From NCBI GenBank assembly GCA_963764505.1, contig CAVXSP010000001.1, positions 2,164,614 to 2,228,613 of the forward strand: 64,000 nucleotides of DNA. The letters run 5' to 3'. Made by a program: the position numbers and the translations under genes. This document shows positions 11,837-20,572 of the stretch, piece after piece. The DNA comes from an uncultured Acidobacteriota bacterium. GTDB taxonomy: Bacteria > Acidobacteriota > Vicinamibacteria > Vicinamibacterales > SCN-69-37. Below the pieces are notes generated by a model, which was not told the DNA's origin, searched no databases, and saw only the letters and a list, made by a program, of their open reading frames with translations. Every line of letters starts with the position of its first letter. Position 1 is the first letter of the stretch.

Positions 11837-13183
11837 ATGACGCCTATCCGATTTGCTTCTCTCATCGTTGCCGGATCCATGACGGTCACCGCGGCGGGCG
11901 CGCAGGCGCCGCGTACGACGGTCACGCAGTGGCAGGACGGCAAGGCGGCCGCGGTCGCCATCACGTACGACGACTCGACCATCAACCAGTTCCGGGTGGC
12001 GCTGCCGCTCATGAACGAGCGGGGGCTCATCGGGACGTTCTTCGTGATCACCGGACAGATTCCAGGCTCGACGCACCTGCCGACGTTCGTCGGCCGGCCA
12101 ATCATGGACATCCTCCGGGAGAGCGCGACGGTGCCGACCAGCGCCGCCAACGTCTACGAGCGCACGTCGATGCTGCGCTACCTCGGCGAGATTCAGCGGA
12201 ACGCGATTGTGCTCGCGAGCCGCGTCCAGCCCGCCAACCTCGCCGGCGTGGATGCGGTCCTGACGAAGCTGCGGGAGAGCGGCCAGACCTACGCTGTGGG
12301 CGCCATCCCGTACGCGCAGGTGCGCTCGGAAGAGGCGGGCCGGCCGCCCGCGAACGGCCCCGGCGGCCTGAGCTGGGACGAGATGCGCAAGGCGGCCGCT
12401 CAGGGCCACGAGATCGCGAACCACAGCATCTCGCATGCCCGGCTGCCGGTGCTCGACGAAGCCAACGTGCTGTACGAGGTCGACGAGGCGCGCGACGAGC
12501 TCCGCGCGCAGGTCGGCGAGAAGTCGCTGTTCTCGATCGAAGCGCCGTACGGGATCGATGACGAGCGGATCCGCAAGCTGCTCATCGACCGCTTCCCGCT
12601 GACGCGGAACTGGGTCTCCGACGCCGACGCCGAGTTCATGGACGGGATCATGCGCGGCGATCGCCGCGACCCCGCGAGCACGACGAAGCCGTACATGGAG
12701 TGGGAGCGCGGTCCCGTGACCAACACGCCGCTCTCGGAGATGACCGGCTGGGTCGAGACGTCGGTGGCGCACGGGACGTGGCTCGTGCTCGTGATTCACG
12801 GCATCGACGGCGTCGGCTATCAGCCGATCCCGCTCGAGACGATTCGGGCCTACTTCGACTACCTCGAATCGCATTCGGATCGGCTGTGGATCGCGACGTA
12901 TCAGGACGGCGCCAAGTACATCCGCGAGCGGATGAAGAGCGCGGTGTCGACGAAAGACGTCGGCCAGGCTGTCGAAGTGACGGTCACGCATCCGCTCGAT
13001 CCCAACGTCTACGACGTGCCGCTGACGGTCCGCACGACGGTGCCGGCCGCCTGGATGGCCGCGCGGATCGCACAGGGGCGGAGCACGCAGACGGTGCCGG
13101 TGGCGCCGGGGCCGGACGGTCCGTACGTGCAGTACCGGGTGACGCCGGGCGCCGGGGCCGTGCGCCTCACGTCGGCGCGGTGA
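11837..13183 (+). CDS. Exported polysaccharide deacetylase (NodB-homology) family protein
   Basis: ATG at 11837 (MTPIRFASLIVAGSMTVTAAGAQA). AVAITYDDSTINQ, GTFFVITG, HEIANHSISH motifs. Confidence 0.7.
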   Translation: MTPIRFASLIVAGSMTVTAAGAQAPRTTVTQWQDGKAAAVAITYDDSTINQFRVALPLMNERGLIGTFFVITGQIPGSTHLPTFVGRPIMDILRESATVPTSAANVYERTSMLRYLGEIQRNAIVLASRVQPANLAGVDAVLTKLRESGQTYAVGAIPYAQVRSEEAGRPPANGPGGLSWDEMRKAAAQGHEIANHSISHARLPVLDEANVLYEVDEARDELRAQVGEKSLFSIEAPYGIDDERIRKLLIDRFPLTRNWVSDADAEFMDGIMRGDRRDPASTTKPYMEWERGPVTNTPLSEMTGWVETSVAHGTWLVLVIHGIDGVGYQPIPLETIRAYFDYLESHSDRLWIATYQDGAKYIRERMKSAVSTKDVGQAVEVTVTHPLDPNVYDVPLTVRTTVPAAWMAARIAQGRSTQTVPVAPGPDGPYVQYRVTPGAGAVRLTSAR

Positions 13184-13214
13184 TCCCGCGGCCGCCGCGG
13201 CGTGCCGTCGCGGC

Positions 13215-13982
13215 GTGGTAGGCTTCCGCGCTGTGAACAGCGCCGGGCGCCGAGTCGCGCTGACCTTGCTGGCCCACCCGGATGACGCAGAGATCCTGTG
13301 CGCCGGCACGCTGATTCGCCTGCGCGACGCCGGATGGGCGATCCACATCGCGAGCGTGACGCCCGGCGATTGCGGCTCGATGGACCGCGACCCCTGGGAG
13401 ATCTCCGCGATCCGGACGAGGGAGGCCCGCGCGGCGGCAGCGCTGATTGGCGCGACCTACCACTGTCTCGACGAGCGCGACGGCTTCGTCGTCTACGACA
13501 GAGCGACGATCCGCAAAGCCGTGGATCTGCTGCGCACCGTCGCACCGTCGCTGGTGTTCACGCATGCGGCGAGCGACTACATGATCGACCATGAGGAGAC
13601 GAGCCGGCTCGCCCGCGGCGCGAGCTTCCTCCATGCGGCCCCGAACGCGTCGACGCGGCCGCTGCCGCCCGGCGCGGGAATCCCGCATCTGTACTATTGC
13701 GATCCGGTCGACGGCGTCGATCCGCTGGGGCGCGCCGTCGAGCCGACGACGCTCGTGGACGTCACCGCGCAGATGGAGCTGAAGACGCGCATGCTCGAGG
13801 CGCACGCCAGCCAGCGGGAGTGGCTGCGCGCCCATCACGGCATCGACGAGTACGTCGCCGCGATGACCCGTCACGCGGCGCGCCGGGGCGCGCTGGCAGG
13901 CACGCCCTCGGCGGAAGCCTTCGTCCAGCACCGCGGCCACGCGTATCCCCACGACGACGTGCTACGCGAGCTGTTTCCGTAG
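13215..13982 (+). CDS. PIG-L/LmbE family N-acetylglucosaminyl deacetylase
   Basis: LLAHPDDAEILCAGTL (AHPDD signature) and HHGIDEY. 255 aa. Confidence 0.75.
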   Translation: MVGFRAVNSAGRRVALTLLAHPDDAEILCAGTLIRLRDAGWAIHIASVTPGDCGSMDRDPWEISAIRTREARAAAALIGATYHCLDERDGFVVYDRATIRKAVDLLRTVAPSLVFTHAASDYMIDHEETSRLARGASFLHAAPNASTRPLPPGAGIPHLYYCDPVDGVDPLGRAVEPTTLVDVTAQMELKTRMLEAHASQREWLRAHHGIDEYVAAMTRHAARRGALAGTPSAEAFVQHRGHAYPHDDVLRELFP

Positions 13983-13991
13983 GAGGTCCGA

Positions 13992-14921
13992 ATGCCGCGC
14001 GCCGTCAGCAAGGTGGCACCCGAATGGTGGGACTACACGACGCTCGACCCCGAACTGCTCGCCGACGCGGCGAAGCTCTCGGCGGAGGACCTGGTGCAGT
14101 TGGCTCGGCCGGGATTCCAGGTCGCGATCTACGACACGCTCGAAGAGTTCTACTGCGCCGAGGCGCTCGAGTACCTCGAGGCCTGGAGGCAGGCGACGTC
14201 GTCCCGCCCGGCGGGCATCTGCGGCCCGATCGGCCCGACCGAGCAGCTCCCGCTCGTCGCCCGGATGGTGAATGCGCTCGGGCTGCGGCTCCAGGACTGT
14301 CATTTCTGGGGCATGGACGAGTGGGTCGAGGCCGGCGCGCCCGTGCCGATCACGCATCCGCTCTCGTTCGCCAGCGCGGACAAACGGCTCTGCTTCGATC
14401 GGATCCGTCCGGAGCTGCGGATGCCGGATGCGAACCTGCGCTTTCCGACGGGCGATCTCGGCGCGTACAGTCGAAGCTTCGACGAGGTGCGCTGCGTCAT
14501 CATGCAGGGCGGCCAGGGCGAGGTGAAACACTGGGCGTTCAACGATCCGCCGAAGCGGCAGGGCGAGTACGCGGATGATCCGCCCTCGCCCGCGGAGTAC
14601 CGCGCGCTGCGGACCCGGGTGACGGATCTCCATCCGATGACCGTGATTCAGAACGCGCGCACGAGTGGCGGCGGATACATCCCGCTCGTCCCGACGCAGG
14701 CGGCGACCGTGGGCCCGTGGGAGACGTGGAAGGCCGAGACGGTCTCGATCTGGCATGCCGGAAGGCACGACAATCCGTTCGGCCAGCGCCTCACGGCGCT
14801 CATGATCGCCAAGCGCGTGGCCGACTCGGCCTGCCCGATGTCGCTGCTCGGCGACCACCCCAGCGTGCGGTTCAGCTACTACCGCGGCGGCATCGGCGTC
14901 GTCGATGCGGACATGCACTGA
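13992..14921 (+). CDS. Glucosamine-6-phosphate deaminase/6-phosphogluconolactonase (NagB/SugarP isomerase) family protein
   Basis: RBS AGGAGG upstream of the [35 protein letters not shown] resemble the NagB family. The last 89 nt are duplicated at 19364-19452. Confidence 0.6.
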   Translation: MPRAVSKVAPEWWDYTTLDPELLADAAKLSAEDLVQLARPGFQVAIYDTLEEFYCAEALEYLEAWRQATSSRPAGICGPIGPTEQLPLVARMVNALGLRLQDCHFWGMDEWVEAGAPVPITHPLSFASADKRLCFDRIRPELRMPDANLRFPTGDLGAYSRSFDEVRCVIMQGGQGEVKHWAFNDPPKRQGEYADDPPSPAEYRALRTRVTDLHPMTVIQNARTSGGGYIPLVPTQAATVGPWETWKAETVSIWHAGRHDNPFGQRLTALMIAKRVADSACPMSLLGDHPSVRFSYYRGGIGVVDADMH

Positions 14922-14956
14922 CGGCAATGCGTTTAGGAAATACATGGAGCTGGTTC

Positions 14957-15190
14957 CGGACGATCGTGCGGGGGACGTCCTGTGGGACTCAACGGAGCTG
15001 GCCCTCGAAATCGCGCTTCCGTCCGCTCGCGGTTCAGGCTGTCGCTCATCGCACGATGGCTACCCGCTGGGGAACCAGACATGCTCCGCCATCGTGCTCG
15101 AACCGCTCGCTTCCTCCAGCACGATTTCATCCTGACGCCCATCGGGCCACTCCGATTCGTCGCACACGACGTCCCCCGCACGATCATCCG
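14957..15190. repeat. MITE-like unit bounded by 23-bp inverted repeats
   Basis: CGGACGATCGTGCGGGGGACGTC (14957-14979) versus the reverse complement of 15168-15190 (CGGATGATCGTGCGGGGGACGTC): 22/23 match. Lies inside the segment unique to repeat copy A. Confidence 0.5.
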
Positions 15191-15287
15191 ACGTCAAATG
15201 TCGCTAGTGGCGCCGAGAGCCGATCATTCTCCAGTCCGAGCTGAAGCAGGCCGCGGTGCGCGGAACGGCGTGGGAACGGCATCGGGG

Positions 15288-15584
15288 CTATGGCAGTCGG
15301 CGCACGTAGACGATCCAGATGATCATCGCGAGCGCCAGCGCGGCGAGGCCGACCGCGAGGGCGAATCGAGGCGCGGCCAGTCCGGTGGCGAGCCAGGCGA
15401 GGCCCGCGCAGACGAACAGGAGACCGCCCACACGATTGGCCGGATACCAGACGGCGTCGGACGAGAGGGTACGCGGCGTGCGAAACCCGTAGAAATAGTT
15501 GCGGCCAATCCAGCCGGCAATCAGCGGCAGCGATACCGCAATGACGACGATCGGGGCGATGAGCGTCGCAAGGGAGGTCCGCAT
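15288..15584 (-). CDS. SdpI/YhfL-family small membrane protein, copy A
   Basis: 98 aa with hydrophobic helices. GRNYFYGFRTPRTLSSDAVWYPANR matches the SdpI signature. One aa differs from copy B. Confidence 0.65.
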   Translation of the reverse strand: MRTSLATLIAPIVVIAVSLPLIAGWIGRNYFYGFRTPRTLSSDAVWYPANRVGGLLFVCAGLAWLATGLAAPRFALAVGLAALALAMIIWIVYVRRLP

Positions 15585-15619
15585 GCAGGATTACCGATCA
15601 CGATGACCGATTTGCGAAC

Positions 15620-15820
15620 GGCGCGCGGCCGACCGGCGATCCCATGGGCGCCATGCAGGACTAGTTCTGGGGCGACCGCTGCGGCTCCCTGATCGACCCG
15701 CAAGGCTACCGGTGGACGATTGCCACGCGAAAAGAGGACCTGACGCAGGGGGAGATGCTGCAGCGGCAGGAGGAGTGGATGAAGTCATTCGCCGGTCAGG
15801 GCAGCCGGCCGGCTTCGTAG
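15620..15820 (+). pseudogene. Truncated VOC/glyoxalase (PhnB-like) 3-prime fragment
   Basis: Matches the last 201 nt of 19994-20497. The 5-prime two-thirds are deleted at the 15619/15620 junction. In-frame TAG at 15662-15664 where copy B has CAG. Confidence 0.8.
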
Positions 15821-15854
15821 AACAATCACGCCCGCGAGCTTCGCACCGAAAGAA

Positions 15855-15887
15855 ACGCGACGGAGACCGTGAAGGGCTCCGTCGCGT
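15855..15887. terminator. Hairpin between converging VOC fragment and PEP-CTERM gene
   Basis: ACGCGACGGAG / CTCCGTCGCGT: 11-bp perfect stem, 11-nt loop. Confidence 0.45.
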
Positions 15888-15908
15888 GACTCTCTGGCGC
15901 GACGAGGT

Positions 15909-16541
15909 CTAGCGCTTTCCCTTCTTCATCCGCCGGGCGAGGGCCAGGGCCCCCGTTCCGAGGAGCACGAGCGTGCCGGGCTCGGGCACCGCTCCGCCGT
16001 TGATCGGCGGAAGCTGGGTCAAGTTGAAGCTGTCTTCGAGCGAGAACCACGCCGAGCCGCCAGCCGGGATGCCGTTCGCCCCGAAGTTGACCGTGCCCAG
16101 GTCGGCGAACACGATCACGTTCTGGATGTTGCTGTACGTCACGTCCTGAATGTCGGAGGTCAAGCCACCGTATCCGGACGGATCGCTCGCATTGCCGCAG
16201 CCGATTGCTGCGCACGCCCCATCGCCGTCGAATCCGAACGGACCCAGACCGTTCACGCCCACGCCCGGCCCGAGCGTCAGGGAGAGAATGGGGGAAGCCG
16301 TGTCGTTCTGCACGCCAATCAACGTGTCCTCGCTGCCGTCATACGGACCCGTGTCGGTCGTGCTTGCGAACGTCTCGATCGACCCATCTGCATTGAAGAC
16401 CACGAGGAACTGACACCCCGTGGGATTGAGTCCGACCGGCGGACACTGCGTGAACGGACTCAGCGGAACCGCCGAGGCTCTCGACGGACTTGCCAGAAAC
16501 GCGAACGCGACCAGACCGGCCGCCAGCATGAGCTTTTTCAT
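15909..16541 (-). CDS. PEP-CTERM sorting-domain secreted protein
   Basis: Signal peptide. C-terminus VPEPGTLVLLGTGALALARRMKKGKR is PEP motif + TM helix + basic tail. RBS GGAGGA 8 nt upstream of the ATG. Confidence 0.85.
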   Translation of the reverse strand: MKKLMLAAGLVAFAFLASPSRASAVPLSPFTQCPPVGLNPTGCQFLVVFNADGSIETFASTTDTGPYDGSEDTLIGVQNDTASPILSLTLGPGVGVNGLGPFGFDGDGACAAIGCGNASDPSGYGGLTSDIQDVTYSNIQNVIVFADLGTVNFGANGIPAGGSAWFSLEDSFNLTQLPPINGGAVPEPGTLVLLGTGALALARRMKKGKR

Positions 16542-16754
16542 AGGTCACATCCTCCGCGCCAGACGAGAGATGACCGCGCAGACATCTGCAATCGGGGGGC
16601 CAGATTGAACGAATGATGTACACGGAAGTCGTAAAGTCTTGACTTGTCGTATGTTGCTTCATCTGCTCGTCCTCGGCTGTCCCGGGTGTTCCCCTGATTC
16701 GTCAGCCTCCGTCCGGAGGTTTCTCTCCCTGCGGGAGGTCTTCTGAAGCGACGC

Positions 16755-19029
16755 TTCAACGTAAATTGGCAAGCGCCTGTCGCGCCGCGTCCGCCTCGGT
16801 TCCGGTCCCGCGTAGGGCCAGCGACTTCTCGAGCTCCCGGACGCGCCTTGACCGCCTGGCTGAGCGAGACGTACACCATCCCCAGATGATAGTGATAGGT
16901 CGGGTTCGACGGATCCTTGGCAGTTGCGTCGAGCAGTGGCGTCACGGCCTGGGAGAACTGACCTAGCCTGTAAAACGCCCAGGCGAGTGTGTCGGCCACT
17001 TCGGGTCGATTCGGCAGCCCTTCTTTCGCCGTCTTCGCCAGCTTCAAGGCCTCGTCCAGACTGCCGCCCTGGTCCATGTAGATCCAGGCCAGGTTGTTGG
17101 CGGCGACTGCGGCGTGCGGGTCGAGGGACAGTGCCTGCTCGTAGCGAGCCCGGGCTTCCGCCGGCCGGCGCTGCATCTCGAGGAGCAGGCCAATCGCCGT
17201 GTAGGGCCCGACGGGACGTCTCTGGACCTTGGCAGCGTTCGTGAACTCGACAATGGCGTCGTCGAGGCGGTGACTGGAGAGGTAAAGGCTTCCCAGCAAC
17301 GAATAGACCTCCAGGTTCGAGGAGTCTGCTTCGAGGGCCTGCTTCCCGGTGCGCTCGGCGGCCCCCATGTCACCCATCCTGAGATAGAAGCGCGCGGCCA
17401 TGACGAGCAGCGGCGCGTTGCGAGGCGCCGCGCGCACCGCGGCGTCCAGTCGTTCGCGCGCCGCGGCCGTGCGATGTTCCTGCAGGTCCATCGAGACCAG
17501 CCTGGCCACGGCGCTGAGCTGCGTCGGGTTCTGCTGGATCGCGGCGTCGAACGCCTTGCGGGCGCCCGCCTGATTCTTCTTCAGCAGCTCGAGCTCACCC
17601 ATGTCGGCTTTCACGACCGGGGAGTCCGGCTGCGCCTTGGCTAGGGCCAGGACGATCGGTTCCGCCTTCGCCGCGTTTCGCTGCATCAAGTACGTCCGGG
17701 CCAGGAGGAGCTGCGCATCCGCGTAATTCGGCCGGACGTGCAGCGCCTCGGTCGCGAACTTTTCGGCGTCGGCGAGGTGTCGATCGGCGATCGCCAGTCT
17801 GGCCAGTTCGATGTCGGCAGCGGCCATGCGCGGGTTGATCCTCAGCGCCTCGCGAAACGCGTCCGCTGCGTCCTTGCTCTCGCGTCGAAGCGCGTAGAGC
17901 CGTCCGAGCGAATAGTGCGCGGGGGCGGAATTCGGATTGTTCTTCAGGGCGGTCTGCAGCGTCTCGAAGGCGGTATCCAGCTGATTCTGGCTGTACGGCC
18001 ACTTCCGCCTTCGCGAGCAGGGCGCCGGTGTTCGCGGGCTCCTTCGTGAGCACCTCGTCGATCCATCGCTTCGCGGACAGCAGATCGCCGCCCGCGAGGC
18101 TCAGCCCCGCAAGCTGCAGCTTCGCCTGAGAAGTGCTGCGACCGACGTGCGCCGCAACCTTCTGGAGAATCGCGCGCGCTTCCGCGATCCGCCGGTTGTT
18201 CGCGTAGAAGTCGGCCAGCGTCAGCTTCCCTTCATCGTCCGGCAGGATCTCTGCGAGCGTCTTGAAATACGGCTCAGCCTCCGTCGGGCGGTGCTCCGCG
18301 ACGTAGAATGCCGCGACTGCCCGATTGGCCAGCAGGTTCTTCGGATCGATCGCGAGCGCCGCCCGGAACTCCGCCTCGGCGTCGGCCTCGCGGCCCACGG
18401 CCGAGAGGAAGTTCGCCAGACCCAGGTGGGCGTCGAGCGACTTGGGATCGGTCGCCACGGCCTTTCGGAACGAGGCCTCCGCCTGCTCCTGGTTGCCCCG
18501 CACTGTACTGCATGGCGCCGAGGCTGGTGTAGGCGGCAATTCGCGCCGGGTCGTTGCGGATGGCGTCCTCCACCTCGGCGACGGCGTCGTCAACTTTCCT
18601 GAGGCCGGCCAGCGCGTTGGCCTTCAGGATTTGCGCCGTCACCATCTTGGGGTCGATCGCGAGCGCCTTATCGGCTCGCGCCTCCGCGTCCTCGTATCGA
18701 CGGGTGAGGAGGAGCAGCTGCCCGGCGTCGAGCTGGGCGTTGGCGTTCTGGGGCAGAAGATCCGCCGCCCGGATCGCTTCGCGGTACGACGTGGCGAGGT
18801 CGCCCTGAATCAGGGAGACTGCCGCCAGCTTCCGCCGAGCCTCGCCGGAGCGCGGGTCCTGCTGCACCGCATTGCGGTACTGGATCACGGCCTCGGCATA
18901 CTTCTTCTGCCCGACGAACGCGTCGCCGCTCTTCAGGTACTCCTGGTTCGCAACGTGGGGACTGCGGTGGCAGGACGCGGTCAGCGCTGCCGACAGGACG
19001 ACGATCGTGGCCCAGCTTCTCTCTCGCAT
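16755..19029 (-). pseudogene. prsT: PrsT-like PEP-CTERM-system TPR-repeat lipoprotein, interrupted by at least 3 frameshifts
   Basis: N-terminus MRERSWATIVVLSAALTASC (lipobox) followed by continuous TPR repeats. These are readable only by switching frames near 18496-18499, ~17995-18001 and ~16841-16847. Three overlapping ORFs are involved (18274..19029, 17595..18593, 16538..17827). The natural end ...RELEKSLALRGTGTEADAARQALANLR* is at 16755. Confidence 0.7.
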
Positions 19030-19239
19030 CGTTTTTCCTCGCTCCCTCGCGGTGCGGAACGAAGCAAGCCACTCACCGGGGCGGCCGCGGGCTGGTCTTT
19101 TCAGCTAAGTGTCGCTCTGACAGCGACTTAAGTGTCTGGATTGGAGCCAGCACTGGGGAAGAACACACTCAAGTCCGGCCGCAGGCAGACAATAGTCCTG
19201 CGCGGCTCGGACCCGCTTGATCTGCTCTGTCCACCCGGT

Positions 19240-19345
19240 TCAGCGAACCAGAGACCGGAACGTGACGAACGACACGCCGGGCCGACGCTCGGCCCGGGCC
19301 TGATGTCTCCGGCCGAGCCGATGATCACCGCGTTGATGTTGATAA
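19240..19345 (-). pseudogene. 3-prime fragment of a TadG-like gene (diverged copy of 20573-20676)
   Basis: Encodes ...INAVIIGSAGDIRPGPSVGP / GVSFVTFRSLVR*. About 85 percent identical by eye to the 3-prime end of the gene at 20573-21760. Abuts the nagB fragment. Confidence 0.6.
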
Positions 19346-19363
19346 TGAGGTCGCAGCACCCGT

Positions 19364-19449
19364 CGATGTCGCTGCTCGGCGACCACCCCAGCGTGCGGTT
19401 CAGCTACTACCGCGGCGGCATCGGCGTCGTCGATGCGGACATGCACTGA
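19364..19449 (+). pseudogene. 3-prime fragment of the nagB-like gene (identical to 14836-14921)
   Basis: Encodes [27 protein letters not shown] only. There is no upstream nagB sequence. Confidence 0.85.
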
Positions 19450-19455
19450 CGGGCG

Positions 19456-19755
19456 TCAAAAGGGCAGTCGGCGCACGTAGACGATCCAGATGATCATCGC
19501 GATCGCCAGCGCGGCGAGGCCGACCGCGAGGGCGAATCGAGGCGCGGCCAGTCCGGTGGCGAGCCAGGCGAGGCCCGCGCAGACGAACAGGAGACCGCCC
19601 ACACGATTGGCCGGATACCAGACGGCGTCGGACGAGAGGGTACGCGGCGTGCGAAACCCGTAGAAATAGTTGCGGCCAATCCAGCCGGCAATCAGCGGCA
19701 GCGATACCGCAATGACGACGATCGGGGCGATGAGCGTCGCAAGGGAGGTCCGCAT
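19456..19755 (-). CDS. SdpI/YhfL-family small membrane protein, copy B
   Basis: 99 aa. Identical to copy A except L->I and one extra C-terminal Phe. Confidence 0.65.
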   Translation of the reverse strand: MRTSLATLIAPIVVIAVSLPLIAGWIGRNYFYGFRTPRTLSSDAVWYPANRVGGLLFVCAGLAWLATGLAAPRFALAVGLAALAIAMIIWIVYVRRLPF

Positions 19756-19820
19756 GCAGGATTACCGATCACGATGACCGATTTGCGAACAGCAGTCCAG
19801 AGCAGTTGCCGGAGGCGGCG

Positions 19821-19997
19821 ATGATTGGCGGAATCCTTCGGGTGGTTGGCGGTTTGCTCATTGCACTGGGATTGCTGGCAGCGATCTCGCTCGCCGGACT
19901 GCTGATGGTGCTCGCGGTGCTCTACGTCTGCCGGCTGATTCCATTGACGGGCCGTCATAGGAGCAAGGGACTTCCGCCTAGAAGGAGAATGCCATGA
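19821..19997 (+). CDS. Small two-helix membrane protein, translationally coupled to the VOC gene
   Basis: ATG at 19821 with GGAGG 5-6 nt upstream. MIGGILRVVGGLLIALGLLAAISLAGLLMVLAVLYV. Stop overlaps the VOC start (ATGA). Confidence 0.45.
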   Translation: MIGGILRVVGGLLIALGLLAAISLAGLLMVLAVLYVCRLIPLTGRHRSKGLPPRRRMP

Positions 19998-20497
19998 CGA
20001 AAGCCAAGAGCCCCGTGCCCAACGGATTCCATACCGTGACGCCCCAGTTGACGATGGAGAACGCCGCCGAGGCGATCGAGTGGTACAAGAAGGCGCTCGG
20101 CGCCGTGGAAATGTCGCGCGCGGTCGGGCCGGATTCGAAGATCATGCACGCAGAAATCCGCGTCGGCGACTCGCCGATCATGCTCAACGACGCGATGATG
20201 GGCGGCAAGGGCCCGAAGGCGCTCGGCGGGTCGCCGGCCTCGCTCTGGGTCTATGTACAAGATGCCGACGCGCTGTTCAACCGCGCGATGGCCGCTGGCG
20301 CGCGGCCGACCGGCGATCCCATGGGCGCCATGCAGGACCAGTTCTGGGGCGACCGCTGCGGCTCCCTGATCGACCCGCAAGGCTACCGGTGGACGATTGC
20401 CACACGAAAAGAGGACCTGACGCAGGGGGAGATGCTGCAGCGGCAGGAGGAGTGGATGAAGTCGTTCGCCGGTCAGGGCAGCCGGCCGGCTTCGTAG
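19994..20497 (+). CDS. VOC family (glyoxalase/bleomycin-resistance, PhnB-like) protein
   Basis: 167 aa with AGGAG RBS. HAEIRVGDSPIMLND and FWGDRCGSLIDPQGYRWTIA are typical of PhnB-like VOC proteins. Confidence 0.75.
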   Translation: MTKAKSPVPNGFHTVTPQLTMENAAEAIEWYKKALGAVEMSRAVGPDSKIMHAEIRVGDSPIMLNDAMMGGKGPKALGGSPASLWVYVQDADALFNRAMAAGARPTGDPMGAMQDQFWGDRCGSLIDPQGYRWTIATRKEDLTQGEMLQRQEEWMKSFAGQGSRPAS

Positions 20498-20529
20498 TCC
20501 AAAAGGGACTTGTCTTGGCGTGGTCCAAA

Positions 20530-20560
20530 GGTCCAAAGGTCCGCTTGGGACCTTTGGACC
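20530..20560. terminator. Bidirectional hairpin between converging VOC and TadG-like genes
   Basis: GGTCCAAAGGTCC gcttg GGACCTTTGGACC: 13-bp perfect stem. The left arm is itself tandemly repeated (GGTCCAAA x2). Confidence 0.55.
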
Positions 20561-20572
20561 TCGGACGGGACC

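Larger units (their letters stand above)
14836..15820. repeat. Direct segmental repeat, copy A (nagB 3-prime end ... sdpI ... VOC 3-prime fragment)
   Basis: Manual alignment: 14836-14924 = 19364-19452 (89/89). 15292-15619 = 19463-19790 (1 mismatch). 15620-15820 = 20297-20497 (3 mismatches). Copy A has 367 bp (14925-15291) in place of the 10 bp found in copy B at this position (19453-19462) and lacks 506 bp present in copy B. Confidence 0.9.
19364..20497. repeat. Direct segmental repeat, copy B (nagB fragment, sdpI, small ORF, intact VOC)
   Basis: See copy A. This copy retains 19791-20296, which is deleted from copy A. Confidence 0.9.

Noticed and set aside
19132-19449. 105-aa plus-strand ORF ending in the nagB C-terminal peptide.
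   Set aside because: It is a chimeric frame created by the duplication junction: the antisense of the TadG-like fragment fused to the 89-nt nagB fragment. There is no RBS and the upstream part has no family similarity.
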